DNA of 62,988 bases, the filler included, from Basidiobolus ranarum (taxonomy: Eukaryota), in the NCBI GenBank assembly GCA_040143965.1. It is 7 parts of 7 records of this genome, joined end to end, with 100 filler letters (N's around TTAATTAATTAA, not from the genome) between each part and the next. Parts side by side here need not be neighbours in the genome. Positions count along the whole stretch, not along the records: positions 54,103 to 62,988 come from JASJQH010000906.1; 6 more parts are not named here. One strand, 5' to 3'. Both the position numbers and the translations under genes were made by a program. Positions 60,927 to 62,988 of this stretch are shown one piece after another. The notes under the pieces were generated by a model. The model had not been told where the DNA came from. It saw nothing but the letters and a program-made list of their open reading frames with translations, and made no database searches. Positions within the stretch are counted from its first letter, which is position 1. The number at the start of each line of letters is the position of its first letter.

Positions 60927-61615
60927 TTGTACTTATTGTAAAGCATTCATATTATTCTCTTCGCTTCGTGACAGTATAAATTGAATCAGCAAAGACCATT
61001 TATGAATTGAGTGTATCTCAATTATAACTATTTATCTTGATCTAGACTTGAAACTTGCTTGATCAGGATTTCGCTAATAAACAGGTGATGATCCCCGTCC
61101 CACCAGGCTTTTAAGCACTCAAACCCCAGCCGTCCAACAATAATCTTGTTTGTACTTCGAGTTACTATTACTAAAAGGAAATTAACCTTCGTGCACGGTG
61201 ATTGCTACATGAAGCTGAGTTCTAAAAAGATGATCAACAAATACACTTACGAATAGTAAAAGATATGTTGTGTTGGATCAACGGTGGCAGCTGTTTCAAA
61301 TATGTGATGTGTAGTTCGAATTCTTTGGATTCAGTAAGGAACATTTCAAATCTGTGGATAAAAGTTCAGAGATAAAGCCTTCCTAATTGTCATCGGCTTT
61401 TAGAAGGGGATATCGGCACGATGAGCTTGGACTGATCAACACAACATATTAAATCGGACTGTAAGCAGAGAAGACATGTTAGGTACTTGGTTATGGATAT
61501 GAGTTGGATCTTGTGTGTTTATTATATTTCCTAAGACACACAGGTCAAGATAACCCTAAATAGAATCCAGAGAGTCAACGGAACTGACTAAACACCATCT
61601 AAATCAAAACTCTTC

Positions 61616-62110
61616 ATGATGCTACAAGATCACACTGACAGACTCGACATTCACGAACCTGTATTTGCGCTAAAGCTTTACCAGTGATTTGTATTTCTTC
61701 TTCCCTTTCCTCATTCGTTTACTTTTACGCGATATACTCAGTATACTACTTGCGAACCTGGTTAAGGATTCCTCCTGACTCTACTTTGACATGGGAGCAA
61801 TCAGACAGTAGATTTATCATTGAAGATTCAATCAAATTTGCCTCTAATGTGCCTCCCGAGTACTACGATACTGATAAATTCACTTCATTCACTCGTCCAT
61901 TAAATGTAACTTGTAGTAGCTTGAGCGATGATGATGTGACTGCTTAGGAGTACTTTGAATTACCTATATGATTTTCTGGCCGGCGCATCTCGGGCCTATA
62001 CCCTCAACTAGGAGCTAAACTATCCATCACAAGTAAAATTCTAGACATTGCTACGCCTTCATTATCTCAATTTGCACCAACATCAATCTCGCCTACCAAC
62101 TCTTATTTGT
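61616..62110 (+). pseudogene. HSF-type paralog 3, decayed
   Basis: MMLQDHTDRLDIHEPVFALKLYQ / ...WEQSDSRFIIEDSIKFASNVPPEYYDTDKFTSFTRPLN. Deletion in exon 2, RQLN changed to RPLN, and exon 3 largely deleted. Confidence 0.75.
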
Positions 62111-62499
62111 AGGAAGGAGAAATCATGTCATCAGGGAAGCTTTTGTGTGTCTGTATAAGCTCAAACAGGAAATAAGCATGAATTTTATACGGCAATGCGT
62201 AAAATCAGAAATAGAAATGAAATCAACCAAACCACTCCCGCCATTATTACTAGTTTTATCTATAATTATCACTTTCTCTGATTTATACACCAGTTTCCAT
62301 ACACATATTTACACTTATTTGTACAAGTCATTACTATTATGAAACTATATGAACCCAGATTATTTATTGTTGTCTTTTTGGGATTTCCCCTCGAATAGAA
62401 ATAAGTAAAGTGATTCATTGCACAGACATCGGCTCACGACCAATCAGCAACCATGTAATAATTATATAGCATGGAAGATAATACACTGTTACTGTATGT

Positions 62500-62988
62500 C
62501 TAGAAAGTGATGATTTCGGATTCTTCATATTTCATTGTCTTCAGATTGGGTATGCATGCTTTCTCGATCATAGCTGGCGGTCCACACAATAATACTATGG
62601 ATTTGCCAGATGATGGCTTGGGAAGGTTCTTGCAGCACATATCGCAATTAATGAAACCAACTGAGTAATTCCAGTCACTTGGTGCTTTCTGATCCACAGT
62701 GTACCATACTTTAAATTGGTCAGGATTTTGCTCGGCAAGCTGGTCCAATTCCTCACGTAGTAAAATATCGTCTGGTGTAACATTAGCAAAGATTAATGAT
62801 AGCTTAGTATGATCCTCAGAGTTACCAAGTACTGACTTGATGACCTGTAAACATGGAGTGATTCCACTACCACCTGCTACCATACCAATGTTATCAACCT
62901 CTCCGTTAACTTTACCATTGTTGAGGTTGTAGCGACCACAACCTTCATAAACGAAATGACCAACAGGTCCCTTCATTTCAACGGTATC
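62500..62988 (-). CDS. C-terminal FAD/NADH-binding domain of a cytochrome-b5-reductase or assimilatory nitrate-reductase family protein (5'-truncated)
   Basis: KGPVGH, MVAGGSGITP, FANVTPDDILLREEL, WYTVD, CGPPAMI and terminal F. Confidence 0.9.
   Translation of the reverse strand, partial: DTVEMKGPVGHFVYEGCGRYNLNNGKVNGEVDNIGMVAGGSGITPCLQVIKSVLGNSEDHTKLSLIFANVTPDDILLREELDQLAEQNPDQFKVWYTVDQKAPSDWNYSVGFINCDMCCKNLPKPSSGKSIVLLCGPPAMIEKACIPNLKTMKYEESEIITF

Noticed and set aside
1-62988. CRISPR arrays, tRNA or rRNA genes, prokaryotic operons
   Set aside because: No regularly spaced repeat-spacer structure, cloverleaf or rRNA signature was recognised; the sequence is eukaryotic with spliceosomal introns.

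Overview
This is eukaryotic, intron-rich, AT-rich fungal DNA. The gene content and short GT-AG introns suggest an early-diverging fungus (Zoopagomycota/Mucoromycota-like); this is an inference. The window is not one locus. It is seven contigs of monotonically decreasing length (8931, 8923, 8920, 8916, 8915, 8897, 8886 bp) joined by identical 100-bp N44-TTAATTAATTAA-N44 linkers, so adjacency across the gaps is meaningless. Contigs 1 and 5 are nested, CpG-depleted, degenerate Ty1/copia retrotransposons. Contig 2 holds an HVA22/REEP-family gene, an Ecl1-like zinc-binding microprotein, a secreted RNase T2, an orphan small protein and LTR debris. Contig 3 holds an uncharacterised protein with WxxxF and PTS2-like motifs, Pet100, AP-3 delta and the start of a Zn2Cys6 factor. 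Contig 4 holds CDC23, an F-box/LRR protein, a cyclophilin and the epsin Ent3. Contig 6 holds a TIS11-type CCCH protein, LINE fragments and the most striking feature: a single intronless 810-aa ORF. In it the fungal trifunctional TrpG-TrpC-TrpF enzyme has lost most of its PRA-isomerase domain and is fused in frame to an apparently intact APH/choline-kinase-like phosphotransferase. Contig 7 holds a MITE family, a tandem trio of divergent HSF-type genes (intact, frameshifted, pseudogene) and the C-terminus of a nitrate-reductase/cytochrome-b5-reductase-type FAD/NADH domain.
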